A DNA stretch of 40,508 nucleotides from Abditibacteriaceae bacterium (GCA_031372065.1 JANMKN010000010.1:1-40508); one strand, 5' to 3'. Counted from the stretch's first letter, positions 19,128 through 28,641 are shown. A program made the numbers and translations. Notes: generated from the letters alone by a model not told the origin.

Positions 19128-19160
19128 AAAAAGCCCCTGAAAGATTTTCGGGGGCTTTTT
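19128..19160. terminator. Bidirectional intrinsic terminator
   Basis: aaaaagcccctgaaa-gat-tttcgggggcttttt. Confidence 0.85.
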
Positions 19161-19215
19161 GTTTTGGCAGGCTCCAAGGGGGCGCAAAGTCACATCTTGC
19201 CGATGCCCTATGGTT

Positions 19216-19923
19216 TCACGGTAACTCGGTAACTGGCGTTTGCGCGTCGTCTTTTTTCGGTTCGGGCTCTTTGCGCGGGTCGAAGCCGTAATTATGCAGC
19301 AACGGGTCTTGGTCGCGTTTGGGCAATCCGTAACTCAAATAATGCCAGATGCGGCTGAGAATATCTTCGGCGGCGAGCAGTTTTTGTTTGCGCAACTCTA
19401 CTAAATCGGAGCGCGAACCCACCGAAGACAGCAGTTCGTTGTCGCTCAGGCGCTTTTTGAGGGGAGTAATCTGCGTAATCCAATCGGCGGGCAAAACGGC
19501 AGCGGCGTTGTGATTGGGGTTGTTTACATCGGCAAAATCGGCGCTGGTGGCGATGAATTGCCCCAAAAACCTGCGCACGCGACTTTGATCGAATTCGCCC
19601 AAATTGCCGCTTTCAAAGCCATAGGCCACCAAAAGCGGCAAGCTGTTTCCGGTCAGCGACAAACCTTTAATCCGATTGTAAACGGCGTGAATCATCGTTT
19701 CAGCGACGGGATAATCCACTTTCAACTGGTCGCTGGCGGTGCGCCGATTGCCTTCGCTGAGGGGAATATCTTCGTTGGCGGCGACTAAATCGTCGAAAGT
19801 ATCCTGCACCTCGGCACGAAATTCGGTGGTGAATTTCCATCTTTTGCCGGTTTCGACCTGAAAATCGGCCTCTAAACACTGTTCTAATTGGTCTGTAACC
19901 TCAGAAATACTGCTGTTTGGCAT
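19216..19923 (-). CDS. Array-associated hypothetical protein 2 (235 aa, helical, internally duplicated)
   Basis: ATG 19923 preceded by TTTTCAGGAGG, the same string as before 5825; the two halves end PLLVAYGF and PLLHNYGF. Confidence 0.85.
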   Translation of the reverse strand: MPNSSISEVTDQLEQCLEADFQVETGKRWKFTTEFRAEVQDTFDDLVAANEDIPLSEGNRRTASDQLKVDYPVAETMIHAVYNRIKGLSLTGNSLPLLVAYGFESGNLGEFDQSRVRRFLGQFIATSADFADVNNPNHNAAAVLPADWITQITPLKKRLSDNELLSSVGSRSDLVELRKQKLLAAEDILSRIWHYLSYGLPKRDQDPLLHNYGFDPRKEPEPKKDDAQTPVTELP

Positions 19924-20007
19924 AAGAGCCTCCTGAAAAACAAGAATTACGGCCCAAGACAGGCCGGAAATGGTCAAAGATTGATAAGAAAAATTAATGC
20001 AAGCTCT

Positions 20008-20275
20008 CTCCCCTATAAGGGGAGGTCTCAACCGAAATCGGTTTGCGCCTCCCCGTATAGGGGGAAAGGCTAACCGAAATCGTTTTGCACTTCCCCCTAT
20101 ACGGGGAAGTCTCAACCGAAACTGTTTTGTGCTTCCCCCTATAAGGGGAGGCTTCAACCGATTCCGTTTGGTCTTCCCCTTATAGGGGGAAGCTCTAACC
20201 GAAACTGTTTTGCGCCTCCCCTTATAGGGGGAAGTCTCAACCGGAATCGTTTTGTGCCTGCCCCGACACGGGAAA
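20008..20275. repeat. 42-bp (2x21) tandem array C, ~6.5 units alternating CCCC-N5-GGGG and AACCG-N4-GKTT palindromes
   Basis: AACCG anchor at 20030, 20072, 20114, 20156, 20197, 20239. Confidence 0.96.
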
Positions 20276-20540
20276 CAGTAAAAACACAGCGGCGGGACTT
20301 TCAAAAGCTATTTTAACGCCCTAAAATACGCTTTGGCAAGCCCAAAACCGCAGTTTTTTCACAAAAATTATGAGTGTTCGCAGTTTACGTAGTCGGATAC
20401 GGTTTTCAGGCGTTTATGACGCCTATGTATTTTCGACTATTTTAAGCATGAAAAAGCGGTTTTATGCTGCCCATTTGCGGGTGAATAACGTTGTTTGGGC
20501 TGCGGCGCGAGGCTTGGCTGCGTGTGTCATACTTTCTGAA

Positions 20541-20912
20541 ATGAATGGCACAGTCCGATGGCGTGGCTATGTCCGCGTCAAGAACAAAAATAAGGCACTC
20601 GAACGCTTCAACACGATGCGAAAGCTCATTGGCAAAGAAGCCAACTTGGTTTCATGTGAACAATACTGGAAAACTAAAGAGCTTTATGAAATTGTGTTTA
20701 CTACTGATTGGTCTTGCGATACAGTAGAGAAGGCGGTGTTCGAGGTTTTGATACTCAGCCAAAAGTTACAAATTGATTGGGATCTGAGTGGCCCCCACGT
20801 TTATCAAAATGGTGTCGTTCAAATCGAAGGATTATTCAATAGCAGTGGTCAATCTACAAAAATCCCGAACCTTGAGTGGATGCTGTATCAGCTACACATC
20901 GAAATTGGTTAG
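20541..20912 (+). CDS. Hypothetical 123-aa protein, AT-rich, cassette-like
   Basis: ATG 20541 follows the motif shared with the GrpB upstream region and CATACT-N7; codon usage differs from neighbours. Confidence 0.7.
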   Translation: MNGTVRWRGYVRVKNKNKALERFNTMRKLIGKEANLVSCEQYWKTKELYEIVFTTDWSCDTVEKAVFEVLILSQKLQIDWDLSGPHVYQNGVVQIEGLFNSSGQSTKIPNLEWMLYQLHIEIG

Positions 20913-20990
20913 CGAAAGTTGACCAACCGCGATAGAACAAGAGACTATGTTAGCAGGCAGTCCCTTTAGCGACTATTCTGAGTTTGAAAT

Positions 20991-21026
20991 AAAAAGCGCG
21001 TTTCTCAAGTGAGAAGCGCGCTTTTT
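20991..21026. terminator. Intrinsic terminator, inverted copy of 4714-4748
   Basis: aaaaagcgcgtttctca-ag-tgagaagcgcgcttttt. Confidence 0.8.
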
Positions 21027-21128
21027 GGTGCGGGTTCGACGCGCTTTGCCGTCCAAAAACCATTGGCGCGGTTAAAAAGTGTCGCGATTCCTGCCAAACT
21101 GAGGGCACTCCAAGAGGAAACGGAAACC

Positions 21129-22298
21129 ATGAAAATCACCGGATTGAAAACATTTGTTATCGGGTCGGGCTGGCGCAATTTGATTTTGTTGAAGTTGGAA
21201 ACCGATGAGCCGGGACTTTACGGCATCGGCGAAGCGACGGTGCAGTGGGGCGATGAAGGAATGCTCGGCTACTTGGTTTCGCTGGAAAAACGCTACTTGC
21301 TCGGCCAAGACCCGCGCGATATTGAAGCGCTTTGGGAGCGCGTTTATCGCAACGAATACTGGCGGCGCGATTTCTTTGTCTGCTCGGCTTTGGGCGGTGT
21401 GGAAATGGCGTGCTGGGATATTCTCGGTAAGTCGCTCGGCGTTCCGGTTTGGCGCTTGCTCGGCGGCAAATGCCGCGATAGCGTGCGCGCTTATGCCAAC
21501 GGCTGGTATCAAGTGGAGCGCACACCCGAAAACATTGCTCGGCGCGCGAAAGAGGCCGTCAAAATGGGTTATACCGGCCTCAAGATTGACCCGTTCGGTG
21601 CCGGTTCGTATGAAATGACCGAAGCCGAAAAAGTGCAATCGGTGGATATTATCGCTGCCGTGCGCGAGGCTATCGGGCCGGACGTAGATTTATTCATCGA
21701 AATGCACGGGCGCTTTGCGGCGCACACGGCGATTGATATGTGCCATCGTTTGGCGCCTTATCGGCCCGGCTGGTTTGAAGAACCGGTGCCGCCGGAAAAT
21801 ACGCACGCGCTTTTGGAAGTGCGCCGCGCCGTGGCGCATTTGGGCATTCCGGTTGCGGCAGGCGAGCGACTTTTCACGCGTTATTTATATCTCGATTTAT
21901 TGCGCGAACGCGCCGTGGATATTATTCAGCCGGATGTTTGTCATGCGGGCGGCATTTCGGAAACCAAGAAAATCGCGGCGATGGCCGAAGCGCATTATTT
22001 GCCCGTCGCGCCGCATAATGCCTGTTCTCCGGTTGGCACCATGGCCTCGGTGCATCTGGCGGTTTCAACGCCCAATTTCAAGATTCAAGAAACCTTCGAC
22101 GACATGGTCGAGCCGTGGGTGCGCGAGGCGATTATTGGCCGTCCCGAAGTGAAAAACGGCCATTTTGAAGTGCCGCAAGCGCCCGGTTTGGGCGTGGATT
22201 TGGACGAGGAAGTCATCGCCGCCCATCCGCCGATGGAAGGCTTCATGGATTTCTGGAAAACCGGCTGGGAAAAGCGCGATACCTATCGCAGCGAGTGA
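21129..22298 (+). CDS. Mandelate racemase/muconate lactonizing family enzyme (galactonate dehydratase-like)
   Basis: WDILGK, KID, EMHGR, WFEEP, AGER, IIQPD, APHN; GAGG RBS. Confidence 0.92.
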   Translation: MKITGLKTFVIGSGWRNLILLKLETDEPGLYGIGEATVQWGDEGMLGYLVSLEKRYLLGQDPRDIEALWERVYRNEYWRRDFFVCSALGGVEMACWDILGKSLGVPVWRLLGGKCRDSVRAYANGWYQVERTPENIARRAKEAVKMGYTGLKIDPFGAGSYEMTEAEKVQSVDIIAAVREAIGPDVDLFIEMHGRFAAHTAIDMCHRLAPYRPGWFEEPVPPENTHALLEVRRAVAHLGIPVAAGERLFTRYLYLDLLRERAVDIIQPDVCHAGGISETKKIAAMAEAHYLPVAPHNACSPVGTMASVHLAVSTPNFKIQETFDDMVEPWVREAIIGRPEVKNGHFEVPQAPGLGVDLDEEVIAAHPPMEGFMDFWKTGWEKRDTYRSE

Positions 22299-22313
22299 AG
22301 CACAAGACACAGG

Positions 22314-22514
22314 ATGAGAAATCAAGGGCGCAAAGACAACGGTTTTTCTGACATTGCTTACTTCGTTTGGGGTGGATTCTTTGCAGGATTTATCTCTATG
22401 TTGGCGCTGGTATATTTACGTGTTCCGCATCCGGCGTTTGACATTATCTCAGTCATCGCTTGGTTGCTTGGTGGATTTGCAGGGCACGCTTTGCATTCGA
22501 AGAAGCAATTGTAA
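22314..22514 (+). CDS. Small two-TM hypothetical protein
   Basis: 66-aa ORF with two hydrophobic helices filling the gap. Confidence 0.55.
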   Translation: MRNQGRKDNGFSDIAYFVWGGFFAGFISMLALVYLRVPHPAFDIISVIAWLLGGFAGHALHSKKQL

Positions 22515-22546
22515 TCACAATCTGTGTGCTGTCGAAACAGTGAAAA

Positions 22547-24361
22547 TCACTCGAAATTTCGTGAAACTTTGCCGCCCAGCGCAATGCCGATGGTGGCTGT
22601 GGTGCCGCCGCCGTAAAACTGGCGCAGCGACAGCAAAAGCGTGGCGTTTTTGCTGAGTGGGCGATAAGCCAAAAGTGCTAATTCAGTGGGCGTTCGTCCG
22701 GCCAAACTGGAGGCTTTCAAGTTGGCGTATTCCAGATAAACCTCCCAGTCGGTTTTGTCGTAAAGCCACGGCGAAGTGATGCCGATGGTAGTCAAAGTGC
22801 GCTTTAGCGGGTCGCGTCCGGCTTCGCCGTAAAGTTCCATTTTGCGATTGAGCAGCGAAAGCCCGAAGTCCACTGTAGCGCCCGGTTTGGTGTTGATGCC
22901 GTTGATGTTTTTGATGTAATGCAGCAGGTTGACGCCGATGTTGGCTTTTTCCCGCTGCGTGGAATAGCGCGCGTAAACACCATTTTGCATACCTGCCACG
23001 CGGAACGGCAAATTGCGCGGATAAGCGTCCACTAAATAAGCCAGTTCGATATTTTGATTGGCCGACAAAGGGTGCGAAACGCGCACGGCATCCATCGTAT
23101 TGCGGCCACCAGCGCGCACCATCGAACCGAACAGCGTGGCTTGCACCGGGCCGTTGAGAAAATGCTGGCGCCCGGCTTCGATTTCTTTTTTGCCATCGCG
23201 CCACAACAAAGAAGCGTGCGATATGGCGCTGAAATCTTGCGTGGTGCGCGTCCCCACAGCGTTACGGCTGCTCAGGCGCAGCGGTTGATATTGAACGTCG
23301 GCAAAGAGTTTGTCGCGGGCGCCGAACACGCGAAGGCTGCCGCCATAAGCGATGACGCCGCCATCGCCATAAGCGCCTACCAAGCCGCCTTCGGCCCCCA
23401 ATGCGGTGCCGCCGTGATCTAAGTTGCTGCTATGCAAACGTTGCAAAGCGCGCTCGGCATCTTGCACCGTGCCGCCATTTTCAACGGCCCCGGCGGGCGC
23501 GATTTGCAACGCGGCAAAGCGCGTGTTGCGCAAACCCTTAGATGTCGTAAGAGCGAGAGTGCCGCCGCCGTGTCCCGAATTATCATCGCCAAAGGGGTCA
23601 TCGGCGCCGCCACCTCCGCTGCCGCCGCCGCTGCCACTATTGCTACCAGAGCGATCTTCGTTGCCCAGCGTGTCAAGCGCGGTTTCCAGCACGTCATCGG
23701 CACCGCCGGGGCCGCTATTGCTGCCCCGGTTGCTGCCTTGCCCCTCGGAGCCGGAGTAGGGATGATCTTCCGGCGAAGTGGACAAGCCGCCGCTGCGATC
23801 ACCACTTTGATATTGAAAAGGCGCAGCTTTGCTCAAAGCGGAAAATAGGCCGCCCGCCAAAATACGAATGGATTGGCCCGGTTGCAGCGTAATGCGTTCT
23901 TTCGCGGTAACGACATCCATCGCTCCGGTGTAAAGTGTAAATTCGGAAGTGCCATCATCTTCAACGCGAATTACGCCGACAGTGCCCTTGATTTCCGCCG
24001 CAGCCGTGCCGGTAAGAACACGGCCCGGTTTGAGAAACGAAAACAGCAAGGCGCCGCGTGATAACGTCGCATCACGCGCGCCTGAAATTTCCAAAGACGA
24101 AAGTTGTCCGAGGCGAATCAGCGAGCCGTCGGTAAATAGAATGTCGGCTTTGCTGCGTTTTCCGGTGCGCAGGGCGTCATTTTGCGCCAGCGTCAGCCCT
24201 TTTTTGGCATTTTGCCACGGGTTTTGGCCGCTACGCTTTTCCACACTTCGCTCTGTGACGCCCACACGGGCAATTTGAGCCTGAACTGGCAAGGTGATAA
24301 GCGCAAAGACAGCCATCACTTGTAGGAAACGCCAAGCGTCGAAACGAAGTTTTGTGGGCAT
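22547..24361 (-). CDS. FecR-domain protein with Gly/Ser/Asp linker and beta-rich C-terminal region
   Basis: Signal peptide; D.LRTG..SKA.I.F.DGS.IRL, AEIKGT. Confidence 0.8.
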   Translation of the reverse strand: MPTKLRFDAWRFLQVMAVFALITLPVQAQIARVGVTERSVEKRSGQNPWQNAKKGLTLAQNDALRTGKRSKADILFTDGSLIRLGQLSSLEISGARDATLSRGALLFSFLKPGRVLTGTAAAEIKGTVGVIRVEDDGTSEFTLYTGAMDVVTAKERITLQPGQSIRILAGGLFSALSKAAPFQYQSGDRSGGLSTSPEDHPYSGSEGQGSNRGSNSGPGGADDVLETALDTLGNEDRSGSNSGSGGGSGGGGADDPFGDDNSGHGGGTLALTTSKGLRNTRFAALQIAPAGAVENGGTVQDAERALQRLHSSNLDHGGTALGAEGGLVGAYGDGGVIAYGGSLRVFGARDKLFADVQYQPLRLSSRNAVGTRTTQDFSAISHASLLWRDGKKEIEAGRQHFLNGPVQATLFGSMVRAGGRNTMDAVRVSHPLSANQNIELAYLVDAYPRNLPFRVAGMQNGVYARYSTQREKANIGVNLLHYIKNINGINTKPGATVDFGLSLLNRKMELYGEAGRDPLKRTLTTIGITSPWLYDKTDWEVYLEYANLKASSLAGRTPTELALLAYRPLSKNATLLLSLRQFYGGGTTATIGIALGGKVSRNFE

Positions 24362-24474
24362 TAGTAATACCTTGTTGGTGTAGATTTTTGAAAGAAAAAA
24401 ATGAAAGACGCTTTTATCTTATCAAATCGAGAAGCACCTGAACGATTGGGGTAACCTAAAAATAAGGAGACACC

Positions 24475-25299
24475 ATGAATCCACAATCACCATTTGACAT
24501 GAATCAACCAACGCGCATGACGGGTGGCGCGCCGCCGCAGGCTTCCGGCGGCATTCACATTGACGATGACGGACGCGGGCAGGGCAGCGGCTTTAGTTAT
24601 CAAATCTCGCATGGGCCATCGTTTGCTTTAGCCATTTTTCAATTGGCTGCCGGACAAAGCATTCAAGCCGAAGCGGGCGCGATGGTTTCGATGTCGGGCA
24701 ACATAGATTTGCAATCGCAAATGAAAGGCGGCTTGATGGGCGCCTTGAAGCGCGCTGTCGGCGGCGAAAGCGCGTTTGTGTCCACTTTTACGGCGCAAGG
24801 TGCGCCGGGCGAATTAACGCTGGCTCCCGGCGCTCCCGGCGATATTGCCGCCATCGAAATGCGCAATCAGGCGTTTTTTGTGCAGTCCAGCAGCTATTTG
24901 GCGGGCGATGCCGGTTTGCAAATTGATACGCGCTGGGGCGGCGCGAAATCGTTTTTCGGTGGCGAAGGCTTATTCGTTTTGCAAGTCATGGGCACCGGTT
25001 TATTGATGGTTTCCAGTTTCGGCGCGATTTATCGCAAAAGACTGGAACCCGGCGAGCGTTATGTGGTGGACACCGGCCATTTAGTCGCGTGGGAAGGCTC
25101 AATGCAATATCAATTGCGCAAAGCAGCGCAGGGCTGGTTGCGTTCGATCACATCGGGCGAAGGCATCGTCGCCGATTTCATGGGGCCGGGCGAACTGCTC
25201 ATTCAAACGCGCAATTTAGCCGCGTTTGCGGGCCTGATGAAGCCCTTTTTTCCCAGCCAGAGTTCGGGCGGCAGCGGTTTGAACTTCGGCGGCGATTGA
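24475..25299 (+). CDS. TIGR00266/AIM24 family protein
   Basis: AEAGAMVSMS, GGES.F, GGEGLF, VDTGHLVAW, SGEG, QTRN; AAGGAG RBS. Confidence 0.93.
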   Translation: MNPQSPFDMNQPTRMTGGAPPQASGGIHIDDDGRGQGSGFSYQISHGPSFALAIFQLAAGQSIQAEAGAMVSMSGNIDLQSQMKGGLMGALKRAVGGESAFVSTFTAQGAPGELTLAPGAPGDIAAIEMRNQAFFVQSSSYLAGDAGLQIDTRWGGAKSFFGGEGLFVLQVMGTGLLMVSSFGAIYRKRLEPGERYVVDTGHLVAWEGSMQYQLRKAAQGWLRSITSGEGIVADFMGPGELLIQTRNLAAFAGLMKPFFPSQSSGGSGLNFGGD

Positions 25300-25301
25300 C
25301 T

Positions 25302-26063
25302 TTAAAACTCGACTACCAAGCCGTCGCGTGCCGAAATCGCATTGGGGCAAATTTCGAGCAAATCAGAAAACAAAGAATCGTCTTCGAGAGGTTCGTGTTC
25401 GGTGAGCGGGTTAAAATGCGTCAGCGCGATATTTTTCACTTTGGCTTCACGCACCACTTGAAGCACTTGCTCGGAAGTGCAATGGCCCGACGCGGCGGCA
25501 ATTTCGTGCAAGCTATCGCTGAAATTGCGTTCATGCACTAATAAATCTACGCCGCGCACGAAGTCAATATAACGTCCGTCGCCTGCGGTGTCGGTGACAT
25601 AAGCCAGTGATTTTTCCGGCCAGTCGAAGCGATATGCCAACGAGCCGCCGGGGTGCGTCAGCAAAAAGGATGACACCTGCGCGCCGCAGATAGTAAGCGG
25701 CTTATCCGGTTCGACAGTGACCGTTGGATGCCCGAAGGGGAGCGGAAACAAAGGCGAATCGAATAAATCGTTTTGCACGACATCCAAAGTGGCGGCATCG
25801 GCGTAAAGTGTGACTTTGGTTTGGGTGTTCCAGAGCAGATTTAACAAATAGGTCAGGCCGCTCACATGGTCAAGATGGGCGTGCGAGAGAACAATATGCA
25901 AATGTTTGGGCAAAGGGCGGCCAATCAGTCGAAACAGACCCGTTCCCGCGTCCAACACAATGGCGCAGTCAGGCGCATTGGGAACGGAGGTTACATAGGA
26001 GCAACTGGTATGGCGATGCAAGTTGGGATGATAACCTGCTGTGCCGAGAAATTCGATTTGCAT
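25302..26063 (-). CDS. MBL-fold hydrolase (RNase Z/BN-like)
   Basis: FLGTAG, DAGTG, SHAHLDH, TDT, HE, THF. Confidence 0.9.
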   Translation of the reverse strand: MQIEFLGTAGYHPNLHRHTSCSYVTSVPNAPDCAIVLDAGTGLFRLIGRPLPKHLHIVLSHAHLDHVSGLTYLLNLLWNTQTKVTLYADAATLDVVQNDLFDSPLFPLPFGHPTVTVEPDKPLTICGAQVSSFLLTHPGGSLAYRFDWPEKSLAYVTDTAGDGRYIDFVRGVDLLVHERNFSDSLHEIAAASGHCTSEQVLQVVREAKVKNIALTHFNPLTEHEPLEDDSLFSDLLEICPNAISARDGLVVEF

Positions 26064-26137
26064 AAAGTTGAAACGACGCTAACTTCACGTTTTTGGCCTA
26101 CGACAAAACAAGAACAAATAGAGTTGTGCCCTTCATT

Positions 26138-26959
26138 TTAAGTAACGGCTTCGGCGCGCGCAATCGCCTCATCAATTCCCTCATCGGGTTCGCCTAAATA
26201 AGCGGCGATGACTTGCGGATTGTTTTGCACTTTATGCGGCACATCGTCGGCGATTTTTACGCCGCCATCCAGCACAATGACGCGCTCGCAAATGCCCATC
26301 ACGACGCTCATATGGTGTTCAATTAAAAGCACTGTCAAACCGAACTGCTCACGCACTAAACGAATAGTTTTGGTGACTTCGTTGGTTTCCGAGGGGTTCA
26401 TGCCCGAAGTTGGCTCATCCAGCAGCAATAATTTCGGGTTGGTTGCCATCGCGCGGGCGATTTCCAGTTTGCGTTGCTCGCCATAGGCTAAATTGCGCGC
26501 TAAAGTTTCGCTGCGCCGTTGCAATCCAAAGATTTCTAATAATTGCGCGGTTTCGTCTTTTATCCACGCTTCCTGGCGCGCTTGTTTGGCATCGCGCAAA
26601 AGTGCCGACAGCAAACCATAACCGGCGCGGCCCGCGAACGCGCAACGCACATTGTCTTCGACAGATAAATCGCCAAACAAGCGGATGTTTTGAAAAGTGC
26701 GCGCCACACCGCGCCGCGTTAATTGATGCGGCTTGAGCGATTTTCCCGCGCTGGCGACGCGTTTTTCGTCAATCCAAATTTCACCCGCCGTAGGCGCATA
26801 AACGCCGGTGATTAAGTTGAAAACCGTGGTTTTTCCGGCGCCGTTTGGCCCGATAATGGCCGCCATTTGCCCTTCGGGAAGCGCGAAAGACAGCGGCGAC
26901 ACTGCCGTTAAGCCACCAAAGCGAATTGAGGCTTCTTTGAATTCGAGAACATTGCTCAT
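26138..26959 (-). CDS. livG: Branched-chain amino acid ABC transporter ATP-binding protein
   Basis: FGGLTAV, GPNGAGKTT, RTFQNIRLF, LAYGEQR, LLDEP, IEH, AYLG. Confidence 0.9.
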   Translation of the reverse strand: MSNVLEFKEASIRFGGLTAVSPLSFALPEGQMAAIIGPNGAGKTTVFNLITGVYAPTAGEIWIDEKRVASAGKSLKPHQLTRRGVARTFQNIRLFGDLSVEDNVRCAFAGRAGYGLLSALLRDAKQARQEAWIKDETAQLLEIFGLQRRSETLARNLAYGEQRKLEIARAMATNPKLLLLDEPTSGMNPSETNEVTKTIRLVREQFGLTVLLIEHHMSVVMGICERVIVLDGGVKIADDVPHKVQNNPQVIAAYLGEPDEGIDEAIARAEAVT

Positions 26960-27020
26960 CAGCGCCTTTGATTATAGCAAGGCGCCTGATGTTATCAAAT
27001 TTCACCGGAACAATTCCGAC

Positions 27021-27085
27021 TTTTAAATCTTAGGATTGCCCTATTGCGGCTCCGACACGCAATAGGGCAATCCTAAGATTTAAAA
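27021..27085. repeat. 28-bp perfect inverted repeat overlapping a stop codon
   Basis: ttttaaatcttaggattgccctattgcg, 9-nt loop, exact reverse complement. Confidence 0.92.
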
Positions 27086-28540
27086 CGTCCAGCCTTTACG
27101 ATAATCGCGTTTGAGGTAGTCGTTGATTTTCGCGATGTTCGTGCATTTATTGCCGTCCCATTCGACGGTGTTGCCTTTGCCCGCTTTGATGCCGAGCACG
27201 CCGAGCAAAGTCAGTTCGGTCAGCGGCGCGGCGACTTCGAAATTGGAACAAGGTTTGTGCGACGGGTCGCGCACGCCGCGCAAAAAGTCGTCGGGATGAC
27301 TGCCTTTGATGCGCTCGAACTTTGCTGTGGGCACGGGCGTGGCTTTGAACAATTCTTCGGGCAAAATGCGCACGCCGCCGCCGTAAAAGCCGGTATACAT
27401 CATGCCTTTGTCGCCGACATAAAGTGTGGCGTTGCCCTCGAAGCGGTCGGCGCCATATTTCTTTTCCATCTCCACCAAAATCGGCGGCTTGACGCGCGCG
27501 GCAGGCGAGGCGCTATCGAAAAAAGCGCCCGGTTCATTGCTTTCGACGCCGCGTTTTTTGCCGTCATACCACCAGACTTTTACCGGCGCCAAATCGCCGC
27601 GTTGCGGATAATCCCAGCGAATGACCGAGCTAAAAGGAAAGCGCTCATCGGTGCCGCCATAGTTGTCTTCGAGCGTGATTTTGCACGGCCCGTTTAAATT
27701 CAAAGCCCAATGCGCGCCGTCCATAATGTGGCAACCTCTGTTGCCCAAAGCGCCGCCGCCGTAAGAGTGCCAGCCGTGCCATTCGTGCGGATGCAATTCT
27801 TTCGTCACTACTTTGCCGTCCGGCTTTTTATAAACGTAATCGGGATGATAATCCAGAAACGGCGCCGGGCCAATCCATGCATCCCAATTCAATCCATTGG
27901 GCGGCGGCGTTGCTGCCGGGCGCGGCCCCACGCCGCCGTTGACGGCATCGCACCAGTGATAAACCTCGGTCACGTTGCCGATGGCGCCCGCTTGAATATA
28001 TTCGACCAAACGCCGATAACCTTCGCCCGAATGCCCCTGATTGCCCATTTGCGTGGCGACTTTGTATTTTTTGGCGGCTTCGGCCAGCATTCGCGCTTCG
28101 GCAATATCGTAGGACATCGGTTTTTCGACGTAAATACCCATGCCGTTTTCCATCGCCAGCATGGAAACCAGCGCGTGATGATGATTGGGCGTGGCGGTGA
28201 AAACAGCGTCCACTTGCCCTTTCATGGCCTCGAAAAACTTGCGATAATCCGCGAAAGTCTTGATTTCGTCGGGGTTTTGCCCTTCTTTTTTGGCGCGAGC
28301 CAAGGCGTTTTGCAGATTCTTGGGGTCGGGTTCGACCAGCGCCACGATTTTCTCTTTGGCCGCCGAAGGAATGTGAAAACTTTCTCCGCGCCCGCCGCAG
28401 CCGATAATCGCGCAACGCAGCTTTTTGTCCGGCTCCGCCGCGATGATGTAAGGCGCATTGAAAACCCGCGCGCCCGACAGCGCCGCTGCCCCAAAAGCCG
28501 CGCCTTTAATTAAATGCCGCCGACTGATTTTTTCGTTCAT
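27080..28540 (-). CDS. Tat-exported Gfo/Idh/MocA family oxidoreductase
   Basis: SRRHLIK Tat signal, IGCGGRG, ATPNHHH, YVEKP, TQMGNQ; GGAG RBS. Confidence 0.93.
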   Translation of the reverse strand: MNEKISRRHLIKGAAFGAAALSGARVFNAPYIIAAEPDKKLRCAIIGCGGRGESFHIPSAAKEKIVALVEPDPKNLQNALARAKKEGQNPDEIKTFADYRKFFEAMKGQVDAVFTATPNHHHALVSMLAMENGMGIYVEKPMSYDIAEARMLAEAAKKYKVATQMGNQGHSGEGYRRLVEYIQAGAIGNVTEVYHWCDAVNGGVGPRPAATPPPNGLNWDAWIGPAPFLDYHPDYVYKKPDGKVVTKELHPHEWHGWHSYGGGALGNRGCHIMDGAHWALNLNGPCKITLEDNYGGTDERFPFSSVIRWDYPQRGDLAPVKVWWYDGKKRGVESNEPGAFFDSASPAARVKPPILVEMEKKYGADRFEGNATLYVGDKGMMYTGFYGGGVRILPEELFKATPVPTAKFERIKGSHPDDFLRGVRDPSHKPCSNFEVAAPLTELTLLGVLGIKAGKGNTVEWDGNKCTNIAKINDYLKRDYRKGWTF

Positions 28541-28602
28541 GCTTTCTCCTGAATGCTTTTTGCGATTGTTCTTTGATGCTTCGCGGCGCCATTTGAGGCG
28601 TA

Positions 28603-28641
28603 AAAAAAGCAGATTCAAAGCGAGCCTTGAATCTGCTTTTT
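28603..28641. terminator. Intrinsic terminator
   Basis: aaaaagcagattcaa...ttgaatctgcttttt. Confidence 0.8.

Noticed and set aside
19924..20304. 127-aa N-terminal extension of the 362-aa ORF
   Set aside because: It is the translation of array C; AGGAGG precedes ATG 19923, and the 41-bp unit changes the repeat peptide midway
20370..20540. Upstream part of the 180-aa ORF
   Set aside because: It covers the non-coding motif shared with the GrpB upstream region; ATG 20541 fits better
23560..23760. GCC-rich low-complexity tract
   Set aside because: Encodes the Gly/Ser linker of the FecR protein
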